Shown here: positions 28,001 to 40,900 of the stretch, one piece after another
How the letters are laid out: every line of letters begins with the position of its first letter
How positions within the stretch are numbered: the stretch's first letter is position 1
NCBI GenBank assembly: GCA_051362555.1
Contig: CM120644.1
Coordinates: 15,274,534 to 15,338,533 of the forward strand
Direction: 5' to 3'
DNA: 64,000 nucleotides
Source: Lingula anatina
Taxonomy: Eukaryota; Animalia; Brachiopoda
Notes under the pieces: generated by a model
Told to the model about the DNA's origin: nothing
Seen by the model: only the letters and a program-made list of their open reading frames with translations
Database searches by the model: none
Position numbers and translations under genes: made by a program

Positions 28001-30857
28001 GGCGGTGCTGTAACGCGTGTAAGCACAGTGTCGGGCAAAACCGTCATGAACGATTAATGAGATATATTTGAGTATAAAAGCCAATTGTTTTCCGTGAACA
28101 ACCACCATACACAGGTGTCACGTAGCGCTTTTACCTGAACAGCACAAACCAGTCCCTCCCGTCGCGTAGGCGGAGACGATTAAAACTTCTTCTTGATACT
28201 TTCAACGATTAAAAACTTTGGGGTTGAAATGGCCCTTTTTAATGGTCTTGTTATGTTGGGTGACTATCGTGATTTTCTAGTGTTGAAATTGAAATGTGTA
28301 ACCCATCGAAACGAGTTTTTTATATCAGCGATATCAGCATGGCGTGCGAGGGCCCATTATTAAGATTATAATGGGCATGCTGTAGCTTACTTGAATGCAG
28401 TTAACATAGGGGCAAAGAAGTATGGAAGCGCTTCATAGTTTTTCATCACGCCAATGATGCCCCCCGTGGCACGAGTGTAACATCTGCTTTTGTTGGCGAG
28501 ACATTAAATTTGTATAGTATGGAAATAGAAAAGATGGCTTATCTCAAACGATGGAATAGATTTGAAGTAATGTGTAGCTCGTATTCCTTAACTCATCATC
28601 ATTATTATGCCTAATATAAATTGCGGTAATTTGCATCGTGTGGTTGTTCATATTCTACATGTGATTATTATTTCACATGATGTAAACTAACATGGATGTT
28701 TTTGATACTGTGTCTATAAGTGTAGCATCGGTGTGTACCTGTAAAATAAATTAATGCATCATGTCTTTTTATTTGGACATGTATCCTTTATTAGTTTTTG
28801 TGATTAAGAATTTCCTGCTGTAGAAATTGTCAGTGAATTACTCCTCTCATATAGAGGACGTGGTTGGAATAATTAGGTGGTATCCAATAACATAGCCACG
28901 TGGGGTGTTCTACATGTACTTAAAGCTCTGAAAACGCGTGCACTGTGCAGGCGTCAGCGCGTGCCCGCACGCGCTTGTGTGTGTACTATATTAATTGTCG
29001 TAGGGTGGACGCTCTAGTTTGTGCGCGCATGCTCTTGTTTGTATTCCGTGTCCTCACGAGCACGACAGTGAGAATGCATAAAGTTTGGAAGTCTTGAGAG
29101 GATGCTATAGGTGTGCAAGTGTTTACATGTAGGCCTAGGAGTTGTGTATAAAATAATGCAGTAGTGGTGACAGCATCTAATGTGATAGTGTTATCAGTCT
29201 TGGATCCGAGTTTTTGCGTAATTTATAACGACGTATACATCTTGCCATTTTACTACATGGTAACGGACAGTCCAAAACAGTTTTTTTTTCTTTCTTTTGA
29301 AATGCGCACACACCTTGTGAGTGATGTGTCATTACGCGATAAAAAAAGGAGCAGGTTTGAAAACAAACAAAATGTTAATCAGGAGGATTTTGGAGAAAAA
29401 AGTCGGTAGACCGCAAGTACAATTACATGGCTGTTATGATAGATTACGACTCCAGGACCGCTTTTTGTATCCGTGAACACCTGGGAGAGTTCGTGAGCAC
29501 ATTGTGCAATTCGGCCAGCTGTGTACACATGTATAAGCAAGGTCAGGACTGACTTCTCAAACAATTCAATAAATAAGATTAGCCAGAATTGTGTTTTACT
29601 AAGATAGTAAATAATATTAGTCAATCAGGACGTTCCGTTCACCAAACGTCGTGTTTGACTGATGTTACTTTGTCTCTTATTAAAAAACAACTCCCTTTTT
29701 ACGTAATTTTGCTTACGGAAACAAGAACATAGCCGTCTTGGCGGCAGTAATTAATGATGTGAAATTAATAACATATATTTTTAAATGCTCTTCCTAGACT
29801 TCATGAATTTTAATAGTACCTACTATAATTCAAAGGCTGTTCACATTAGGCCCCTTGTTATAATTATAGTCGCCAAATGCGAGAAAGTATGTAAGTAACC
29901 AACGCTGATTTTGCGCCATAAATTAAGGGTCTATCTTTTTTTTTTTTTATCTGAACCAAATACACTGCCTGGTTTCTTCTCATTTCTGCTACTCACGTGA
30001 TATTTAGATGCATGGCTTTCCAAGACGACCTTCACAGGAATTGCACGACTTTAATTAATTTCCAATAAACGGTACTTTATAAGGAAAGAATTTTCTTTGA
30101 AAATAGCTGTTGGAAAATTACGTTTAGCGTGATATTAATTAAAATTACAAGGATTTGGTTTTTGAGATGTCATTTTAATTAAATGGCTTTATTTTATGGT
30201 GAAATATAACTGAGGATGCGCTTCTAGTCACGTCGTCATAATTACGTACGATAAAAAGAGCTGTCTTTAAGAGACCGTAGCATTATCGGCACAAGACAGA
30301 AGGATACTGCCAGCAGAGAGAACAAGGTAAGGTCTTTATTCGGGGATGACAGTTGACCGGTGATCCACAGGCGGGGTTGATTCTAGAAAGTTAGCCTTTA
30401 TTGACACCTTGGTAAGCGACATAGAAATTCAGCAAACTAGGTGCAGTGTTGCTGGATTTTGCTGTTTGGGGAGAATGCGCCATGAAAAAAAAAAAACTTG
30501 TCCACCCCTCTAGCCGAATAATAATGATGATGATATATCGACAAAGTGGTAACTTATTGAGTTAAATTTCATTTGTGTTTTTGTCAGTGACGTTTTCGTA
30601 AACTCATATCTCATACATGTAGGTACGCGTGTGCACCAGGAATCTTATGGTACGCTTTTGGCTAATAATATTACAAACATTTCGATAGAGGATACAGGCC
30701 TTTCGCAGTTAGATTATTAGATGCCCACTTTTGTTTACTGGAGAGCAAGCTATTCAGTAAAGAAAAATGTCAAAATTTAATCATCTAGCTGCAAAAGGAC
30801 CTTTGTGCTGCAATGCTGGACATAAGGCATAGTACCTACACTGCAAATATCATACCA

Positions 30858-31063
30858 ACTGATTATTTTGCCTGCATACCTCTGCCGTTTCTATAGATCA
30901 ATCCATAGTCTTTTTTGGACTTTCTGAAAGTTAATATAATGTAATTACAAAAAGAGTTAACTGATTATTTTGCCTGCATACCTCTGCCGTTTCTATAGAT
31001 CAATCCATAGTCTTTTTGGACTTTATGAGATTTAATATAATATAATTACAAAAAGAGTTAACT
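30858..31063. repeat. Tandem duplication of a ~102-bp unit
   Basis: AACTGATTATTTTGCCTGCATACCTCTGCCG...AAAAAGAGTT occurs twice, just upstream of the acceptor of the signal-peptide exon. Confidence 0.9.
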
Positions 31064-31094
31064 GTATCTTTATTTTCAATAGATATACGTAGAA

Positions 31095-32356
31095 ATGAAC
31101 TCAACCACTGGTGTGATAATCTGGCTTCTTTTCGGCTCGATTCTGAGTGCCCTTGCTTTAGGTATGTATAGTCGCACAGTGTGTATGTACGCGGATGAGA
31201 ATGTTTAGTGCTAGTAGATTTTATAGGCTAAGGCTGCATTCGGAACAGTGGACTAACTAGCCAGTGGGGCAAATATGGCGAACCACTAAAAAGCTTGCCG
31301 TCTAATCCGCTAATGGACACTTCGTAGATTCTCCGTGTTGAAGTATTCAAGTGGGTCGGCCATATTTGACCCGTGGACAAGTTAGTCCGCTGCTCTGAAT
31401 GCGGTCTAAGTGAATGCTACTGTCTTACGTCACCACCATGCCCTGAAGCAACGTAACGCCCTTTTTAGAAATACTGGATATATTGGGCATGATTTTACAG
31501 TATAGGAATATCACAGTTGAGAACTTTTAATTTTCAACAATCAAACGACCCATATCAAACAGGATCAAGCCGTTCCCGCAGCCTATGTCAAACGGTTGCA
31601 AATAGCTTCACCTAGGAAAATGAACATTTTAATAATTGTTTTCACAACAGCAAACATCATGTTGATAACAGATATATCAAATGCGTATATAATGATGATG
31701 ATGATTATGGCCGCGTTCACAACCAGTTGATCAAATATGGCGCACTTGACAATGGATACCCCGACTCGCACACACACACAATTAAATCTCGCCACTCTTT
31801 CAAGGGGGACGCGCCATATTTAATCCGCGGACTAGTTAGGGGTTGTGAATGCGACCTAATTCACAAATTCGCTTGTTTTACATTAGAGCCAATAGAGATA
31901 CGCCTAAGAGGAGGGTTTTACGAAAGTGAGGGAAGAGTGGAGGTAAGGAGGAGAGGAGGACTGTGGGGGACCGTATGTGATGACAACTGGGGGATGGAAG
32001 AGACAAGAGTTGCCTGCAGAATGCTGGGGTACAGGTGAGTTTAAGAATGAATAGATGAATATGTAGATCGATTCCTAATACATGTAGATATGTTAAATGC
32101 ATATACATCTACCAATTGAACTAGATAACGGGTACGGATAGGGTGATAAGATTATCCACACTCATTAGAAATATTTTAAGTGGATCTGTTAAGGAAAAGA
32201 TTTTTTCCTCTCTTACAGATTACAGGGACCCAAATGTCGAATTGTTCATGTCAAAGAAAGGAATTGTGGACCAAAAATTCTAAGACCGATATCTCAAAGT
32301 CGATTCTGTGTGGTAGATTGTCCGATTTTTCTATCTGTAGCCAAAGAATTGCAGCA

Positions 32357-32407
<51 letters not shown>

Positions 32408-34925
32408 TATGATCTAGATATGTTGTATTTTTTCATTGTAGGCGCTTTGAGACGGCCTTCATGGACGAAGATTATTACCCTAGGGCGCACTTTGGGAAAG
32501 GAACGGGGCCTATCTGGATGGACGACTTGGTCTGTGCGGGCCAGGAGAGTTCCCTCACCGAGTGTCGTCACCGAGATTGGGGTCAAAGCGATTGTAGCCA
32601 CAGGGAGGATGTTGGGATCAAATGTGATGGTGAGGCCAAATTCTACATTTCTTTTTATTTTCTTTTTCGTTTCCTTATTATTTTTTTTTCTTTGTCAAAT
32701 TCTTATAGTGTATTATTATAGTGCTAACTTTACCATCGACGACAGTAAATGTTCGCTTCTTGATAACGTTCTAAGGACTTTTACTTGCTTCCACTAGGAA
32801 GTGTATATGTGCAAATGTACTTGCGTCTGTATCTTGAAAACGCTCCGAAAAGTGATTTTCTTTTCACAGATTATTCATGTTAACAGCACTAGTTTTCATG
32901 GTTAACTATTATTGTTGCAAACGTCACTTAAAGCTTTGCATAGTGCATGGAACTCTTGTGAGACTCGTATTTGAAATCCAAACAGTGTTGGCGATGAAGG
33001 AAAGTGATACAGCGTATCAGGAAGGTGAGGGTGCCAGTAAACAAGAGTACCTCCGATGCTCTGACGGACATGTGTCCAACCCCCCCCCCCCCCCCCCCCC
33101 CGAACCTTGAATCCGCCATAGATCAGTTTTTGAGCCCTTTCAGGATAGAAGGTCCGAGGATCTTCTGATCCACGGAGCAGATGTGGCGGACCCTACATGA
33201 AAGAAGAGCTGACTAATCCGCTGATGGTCTCCTTGCCGCCACACGCGCCGTGCTTGCAGGGGTCTAGCAATTAAACATTGGAGCTGTGATTTAATCCGTT
33301 AAATGGCGCGTGCGGAGGCGGGGAGACCATCAGCGGCTTAGTCGGCCCTTCTTTTACGTAGGGTCCGCCATATTTGATCGCAGAAGATCCTCGGATCTTC
33401 TGTTCTGAATGAGCTCTTTTACGTTACAGCGATCACAGCAGCGCTACGGTAGCTGCCAAGACAGTCCGCATTCAAGTCTGAAAATCATACTACATATGTG
33501 TATTATCAGAACAAACTGCCTCCACTTTTGCTCAATTACAATGAACATTCCATCTTCTCTAGTGCCATGTCCAGACATTATCTATCAGCGTGAGTGGGGA
33601 GGAAGAAGTCCCGCTCTGGCAAGCCGTCATCAGATGAGTGGCCCGGGCCCGTACGTCATCATTATCCACACCGGAACACGTGGCTGCAACACCGAGCAAG
33701 CCTGTAAATCTCTCGTGAGAGAGATCCAGAATCATCACATGGATAAGAAACGTGAGTATCATATGCATTTATACATTTTAAATTTATCTGTATGTGTGTT
33801 TATAAGGGGATTAAGACCATCAAGATGATGCAAGTGTACACCCTCTTTTTGATTAAGATCATCAAGATTATCTCTGCGTTTTAAGTAAGATAAGCAAAGT
33901 GCCAAATAATATTTTTCTCTTTTATTTTCACGTTTTTATCATTGATTTGCATTAATGACTGATATACACAATAGTGTAATCTAGAAACATATGTAGTCTA
34001 TGGCAGTACTCTGTCGTCAGTATGACGTCACTGTGCTCAAACGACGACATGTATGACGTCATGTTGCTCTTACTAGTAGGTATTTTAAAACAGTGAAATA
34101 TACCATTTCCAGACTGGGCGGACATAGGATACAACTTTTTGATCGGCGAGGACGGTAACGTGTATGCTGGGAGAGGGTATGGCAAAGTTGGAGCCCACAG
34201 CGGGAGCGCAGTTAACCGCAAGTCTTTGGGTAGGTTTAACTGTAGCCCTGCATGGGTAATTCTTTATCATTATTTTCTATTTATTTATTTTCTTAGTTTT
34301 TTATGCAACTGTGGGTTTATTGCTTTGGCCGACCATTTACCTATTTATTTATTTGAAAAAGAAAAATGCTTTATTTTGTATATATAAAAACCAATTTACA
34401 TATATATTGACAGAGTAAATTGATAATGTTGTTGATATAAACGTTTAGCCTGATGCCTCATCTGATTCAGATTACATTGGTATTTATTTTATTCATATTT
34501 TTCATATTTTCAAATATAGTCATAATTATGAAACTTCTGAATGTATTGCTATTGTTAACCGGAGCGTTTACCTACATAGGGTACATGCTTATTTGCTTCA
34601 GTAATATAATTGCTACAGTAATATAATTACGGTTGGGGTACATCCTCATGTAAATATGGAAAGAAAAAAGGCAATCATCAGGTTTTCGATCATTTCAGGC
34701 ATTGCCGTGATGGGCGATTTCAGAGCCAGAGTCCCAAACGCCGCAGCACTAGATGCAATTAAAAATCTCATCGCCTGTGGAGTGAAATATAAAATGATAC
34801 CACGTGACTACATACTTAAAGGACACCGTGACGTCATCAGTACACAATCCCCCGGGGACGCTCTGTACAGAGCCTTGCAGAGTTGGCCACATTATGATGC
34901 GCATCGCTTAGTTAATACTAAGTGA
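31095..34925 (+). CDS. Secreted SRCR-PGRP fusion protein (signal peptide + group A SRCR + peptidoglycan recognition domain)
   Basis: Coding exons 31095-31161 ([22 protein letters not shown]), 31887-32034 and 32442-32629 ([53 protein letters not shown]), then 33563-33751, 34113-34229, 34699-34925 ([54 protein letters not shown]). All junctions are in phase. A likely non-coding first exon ends at about 30326 (AAG|gtaagg). Confidence 0.9.
31232..31406. mobile_element. MITE, same family as 768-950, opposite orientation
   Basis: TAA on both flanks, imperfect TIRs, interior matches the reverse complement of 768-950. Confidence 0.8.
31709..31856. mobile_element. MITE related to the 768/31232/43572 family
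   Basis: GGCCGCGTTCACAACC ... GGTTGTGAATGCGACC TIR; shares the CAAATATGG and GGACTAGTTAG motifs. Confidence 0.7.
33132..33416. mobile_element. Near fully palindromic foldback MITE in the intron between the SRCR and PGRP exons
   Basis: Left arm GAGCCCTTTCAGGATAGAAGGTCCGAGGATCTTCTG...GCGGACCCTAC...CCGCTGATGGTCTCC pairs with right arm GGAGACCATCAGCGG...GTAGGGTCCGC...CAGAAGATCCTCGGATCTTCTGTTCTGAATGAGCTC. Confidence 0.85.
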
Positions 34926-37900
34926 TGAACAATAACTTGAACTGATTCTTTCACATAATTAGTTGTAGTCTGAATTTCCAAATTTCTAAAATAAAAAAAA
35001 ATTTCTAAAATTGCTAAAATATGAAACTGAATGTTACTTTAAGCGATTTTATAAAATAACGCGCCGGACATTTTCTTTCTGAATTTCCAAAACAAGAAAG
35101 GCTTGATATAATGCAGATATAGACCAGTCCTTTAAATTAAGTCATTTAGCTCTGTTTTAATATGTGTGTTTTGTTAGTGCATATAGAATTTAATTATCTT
35201 AAGTTTAAACTTAGGCCCTACATATGTGAAATTTCTCATGAGTGTACGATACAAGACAATTCAATAAACGTCTGAAAAATATCACTCTCTTTTGAATGGG
35301 TCCATCTATGTTTTAAATATTTCAAAAATGACAAGATTATGAGTAAATGAATAAATAAATAAATGAATAAATAAGTGAACCAATTAATGAATAAATAACA
35401 TTATGGTAACGATGTACAGGTTGTGTACTGGATACAAATGCATCCTGTCCTCTCTAACACAATCCCGCCCCTGTTCTTTCATTTATTCGTCCTATGGAAG
35501 CCAATCTCTATGTCTGACCATATATGTAGTCTGAGAAAATGATTTTTGTTTTCTTTTTGTGTGTGTCAGTATGAATTTATCAACCCCTTGTTCTCTTTAC
35601 GACATGGAGATTTATTGTGCCTTCTCACACATCGGGCTAAAATTCAAAGCGTTCAAACCGAGGCGTCCGCACGGAAAGTATGTGACCTATCATCATATGA
35701 GTCAGGTGACCCTTTTGATGAGAGGTGTTCAGGTAGAACCTGGGTCAGTAGAAGATGGAGAAGAAAGATGTCCCATGCCATATTACTTCTATATCCACGT
35801 GTAGACCGAAAGGATGGCATTGAAACCAACAGCAGTTATTCCGTAAGTTCCGTACAGATGATAAAAATGTATTGTAGCATTTCTTAGTTTTGCATTGACG
35901 ATATTATCCCGAAATGGTGCATGTCGCACTCTAGGCATATTGAACACTGGTATATCTTACTGACGTGAAGGACACTTTCTCTTAGCTTTTCCTCAGTGCC
36001 TTTTCGACACCCATTTGTTTCTCATACTACAAGGTTTTCTCGTTGTTCAAGAAGGAAGTGAGGTTTCAATATGAATACAGTATATATCTGTATAATTTTA
36101 ACGTTTAACAGCCACTTCTTTATCATAACGCAAAGTATACTGACACGGATAGCTGTAGTGAACATATACTGCTTTATCAGATAAGTAGACATCGTTTCCC
36201 GAATAACAATTTATACCTTTATTTCCAGTTCCTGTAACTACTGTTTACAAAGACACCAGAAGCGTCCTACTCAAAGACATACGTGCAGGTTTCGTGGTCG
36301 ACATACACGTGATACAGCGCCGCACCCATGCCAAGATTGCCTTTTTTGTCGATGTTTGTCTAATAGTTAATTTGCAGGGACGACATTTAGTGTGGAATGT
36401 AATGTTTGAATTTGGTTATAAAATTCTGCGCCAAAAATGATATCAGATGAAGTGTCATAATAATGAGCTTTTTCTTCTTGAAATTTCTGTCAAATAGTTA
36501 ATCAGCACTAAGCGTCCGTCCTCTGTCTTCGCAAAGCAATATATGTGTTTGGAGGTATGTACCAGTCAGTTTTCTAACCTGAAATTTTTTAAATTAATAC
36601 TATCAGTGTAAAAAGAAAAAACACCTTGCTTAAGTGAAGTATAAAAACAAAATTTATAAAGTGTGTTACAAAATTATTTTAAAGCAATGTCAAGGTAGAA
36701 AACTGTACTGGTACAAAAATCCATCTATTTTTCATTGAAGTTATTGACAAGGGCAAATCTGCAATTTAAAACCTCCCTATGAATTTGTGATGCTTTTTAT
36801 TCATTTCACTTGAATTCCAATTTTTATACTATGAAGTTAACACTTCTAGAAAAGAAAAACATTGCAACCCCCATTTTGAAAAATGAATATTGCAGACCAT
36901 TGAGAACATATCGTGTATTCCGCCAAAACGCATGAAAATTTTAATCTAAAAAAACATTAAATTATTATTGTTTGAAAACCAGAACATTATGTAACAGACA
37001 AATTGTACCTACAGAATTGCAGAATTACCCACATTTACTGAAAAGATCTTTCAACAATTGTGATTATGGTAATGTGATTGTGAATAAACTTCTTTGGTTC
37101 TCGGTGTTTTCCGTGCTAGGCGGGATCAAATTTTTGTTTTCTGAAACAAAATTAAACTAGGGAGTGGGGTAGAGATCATTTTCCAAAATTAATATGCATT
37201 TTTATTGCAGTAGTAGAGTATAGAAATTTGTTGCGCACATGATGAGAAAACTGTTCATATAGTTGGCTGTGAAAAATCTCCAAAATTGGGGTCATTTAAA
37301 TGTTGTTTAGGACTTTATCCAATATTAGAAAACAAATGGCAAAAAGCAAAAAAAAAAAAAAAAAAAAAAAAAAACAGTAAAATTAAAATTGTTCTTTAAA
37401 ATGTATTTGTAGGACTGACATTTATCATAGCCTTTTCCATTTTATATTTTTTGAAATCACATGATCTATAGCAAGGCTCAATTTCACGGGGGGAGGGAAT
37501 GAGCATTCTGAAAGGATTCAATGAATTTTTAGATCGTCTACTTTATCAATCTCTCTATTTTTTTTTTTTTTCAAAAAAAGTAAAATTATAGGGGTTATTA
37601 TTCCGCCTGTAAGAGTAAAGTCGCCTTCTACATATACGTCAATTATTAAGAAATTACCGAATTATAATCTTAAATCTTAAATTATTTTCCTCTAAATCCT
37701 TACGTCTCTATTTTGCCGAAGTGTAAAAAAAACCAACACATAGTTTGTTTTGAATTTTTAAAGTTAAAAACGTGCCTAAATTTGGCAGTTGAGCGTTATA
37801 ATTGAAGTGGATCTGTCTTATACATTCTAATTTTCCTTTCGGAAGCAAGAGCAGATTTAGAAAAAAAGGCTTGGCTAGGTGTCAGTCCTGCGCGTCATGT

Positions 37901-40900
37901 TGGCTTCTCTGTGCTTCGTTTCACTTGTTCGTTGAACACCGGGGACCAGGGTTATTTTAAAGTAAATATGTAAAGTCTCTTCAAGTACACTGATTTTTGC
38001 GTAACCCTTTCAGTTTTGTTTGTATATATGTATCTGAATTTGTCTAAGACACTTATAATCTTGTACACAGACCATGTCTTTATGTCGCTCCTGATTCTCC
38101 CGCTTTGCAAATGTAAATTCTCATCCACAATTACGCCATGCATAAAATCTATTTTGGATTTGAATGAGTGGAAAACAAAATTTTAAAAAAATGTTTATCA
38201 GCAAAACGTTCAGGAACTCAACAAACATGAATAATTTTGGCTACTGTTCTGTTTTATGTGTAAACATCAGCGAGGCGACATAGGATACGGTGTGCTTGCA
38301 TGCGACTGTGAGTTCCTAACAGCAGATTATATGCATTTTGAAAATTGTTCCAACTGAATCCTCTGAATTTGAACGGAAATGTTTTTCGATTGAACTTGAC
38401 GGCCGAGACAAGCCACTATTGTCAACTTTGACAAAAATTGCTTAGTACAATTAGTTTAAAAAACCCAACTTTTTTATTATCAACTCAAAGTCTCACGAGC
38501 TGGAACTTGTGTTTTTTTTATAAATCAAGGGATTCTGTCTTTTGCTAGCAGTGTTCAAAATGCATAGAATCTTCAACATCTTTTATTTGGAGATGTTGTA
38601 ATTTTCTCTTTGTTAGATTAAAATTCTATATATGTACATCAAAAATTTTGTATTCATTATTTTTTGTAAATAATTTAATGCTGTAAATAATTCATTTTGA
38701 CAATAATAAACATATAATGTATTCTCTGTTCAGATTTTGCAAAAATAATTTTGTTTTCCCTTAGTACATCTCGAACCCTCCACCTTTTGTTTACTGTTCA
38801 GGCGTCTTACCTACTGAGCCACCGTCGCAGCTTACTTTTTCTCAGTTGTAAAACCCTTTTATCGGAGTTTAAACTTCTCGTTTTGATATTTTTTGCAAAA
38901 GGTAATTTGCTGGGACCTAGAAGCGCCAGGTTTTGAACCTGGTGTTGCTGTGTCCGAGTCTCGCGTGCTGTCCACTCCTCTAAGTGTTCCCGCCCACCCA
39001 CCCCTGGTAGACTTTTCTTTTATAGTAACCAACCGGAAATTCAAAAAGGCCTTCTTGAAAGATATCTAGTTATTTCCAAACACCCGACCCAAGAATCGAA
39101 CCCCAACCCTTAGAATTTTACTAAGCCACTGAAAACACTAAGTCTTTGTGCATAGAATTGTAATTTTTTATTAAGAAAAAAATAAACTGACAATGATGTA
39201 TCTACATATTTTCAAACATCTACTTGTTAAAATAGAAATTTTAAATAAGTCAATCACTACAATTTTTGAATATTAATATATGTTAAATAAAAATATTGAT
39301 ATCTGCATTAGCACTCGCTCAAGTTTGATTTGATAAATAAACTATCAAATGAACTAACTGACTGAGAGTTGATCTTATGATAATGTGTAACAAATTATTT
39401 CAGAAAAAAAGGACAATCACATTATTTTATTCCATTTTAAACAAAACCAACGGCAGATATAGTATCCTTGTCACCCTTAATAACCCCAGGAAATATCGTG
39501 AATAAAAATTTCTCTGATATATCATAATTTCAAAAGACATAAAAATACTGCAAATTGCCAAGAATTTTAAAATGTTACACCCTCTTAAAATATGTATCTT
39601 CCATCGACTTTGTTTCCTTTTAACCGTAAGGTGCTGCAATTTTTTTCATTATTTGGCTATTTCCACTTTAAATGTGACATAAAAGTGCGAGACACTTATT
39701 GCTTGGAAAGAAAAATACGCTTTTACTATGTTTTGTCAAAAATTGTCACTAGCCGTTTGTGAAATAATTCCCAACATCTAACATCAACTAATGCGTTCAA
39801 TTACATTACAAAATCTACATTTCAAAGGAGAATGAGAAAAAATAATCACCGACGGATATTGATTATAGAGATAATATTTTGCTGTTCTACGATTATCAAA
39901 CATTGGTAAATTGAAGGGAAAAGTCATGATACAACTACATCACTTTGCATTTATTTTAAAGTCCAAAAATAGTATAACAAATGGTTTGTAGCTTTCTGAA
40001 CACGAATTATGCTCTCACATGAGGATATAAACATTTCTGCGTATAATGTAGATGCTGCCGAGATAAAATAGCAAAAAATAGCAGAGTTTTGAAAATGGGA
40101 AAACTTTGGATCCCATGATTTTTCCCTCCATCTTCACTCATAAATTAGATATGCCCCACAAGTAAATGCCGCAAATGCAAGAAAAATGGGTATGATTCTG
40201 TTTACAATCCAAATGAGCAAAGTTGAATAAATATTAAAAAATCGCAAAACCTATCCATGTTCCTTTTACGCACGATTTAAAAGGTAAACTTGTATTGGCC
40301 GAATCAGTTTAAAACTTCATGAAAATTTCGAAAAATTGAGACTAAAATGTGCGAACTCTCTATACTACATTTATAAAAAAAAGTTCAATTGCGGTCCGTA
40401 AAAATGACACCTTTCACTCAGCAAGACAGCAAGTTTACAAGCTTCAAAAGATTGTACAGATACGCGTTTTAGGTGACTAGATTTTCAGTCACCTTCGCTG
40501 TGGACATCGAGACTAATGAATTTTACTGTTGGTGATATAACTTGAAAAATTTGGAAACCAACCACAGACCGTAGTTTTCGTAACGAATTTTGTACAAAGT
40601 ATGCATAGAGAGAAAATTTCTGAAATTTTTCTTTTTTTTTGTTTTTGTTATATAAAGGTGTTACCGTCAATGTGTGCATTAAAATTAAGATTTCTAGGTT
40701 CTGGGTAACGAGAAAAATGCTTTTAAAAACAAAAATCAACATTAGAAAAAATTACTAGTTTGATGTTTTTCAACCAACAGGAATTCGTTGAATTAATTAT
40801 GCATTATTCGTAAGATCAATAGATTAAGGCTACAGCTATATCAGTACAGCGTTTTTTTTTTCTTCAAAACATCGTAACGTGAAAAAGTAACTCTTATCGG

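Noticed and set aside
27815-28108. Longer P4HA N-terminus starting at 28108
   Set aside because: The ATG at 28000 has good context (GCCATGG) and directly begins a typical signal peptide.
28117-28126. TACGTG hypoxia-response-like element upstream of P4HA
   Set aside because: A single 6-mer is expected by chance; no conservation data available.
32180-32797. 205-aa ORF on +
   Set aside because: Runs through a (TG)n microsatellite and overlaps the SRCR exon in the wrong frame.
35546-35887. 113-aa and 81-aa ORFs downstream of the PGRP gene
   Set aside because: No recognisable motifs or consistent splice structure.
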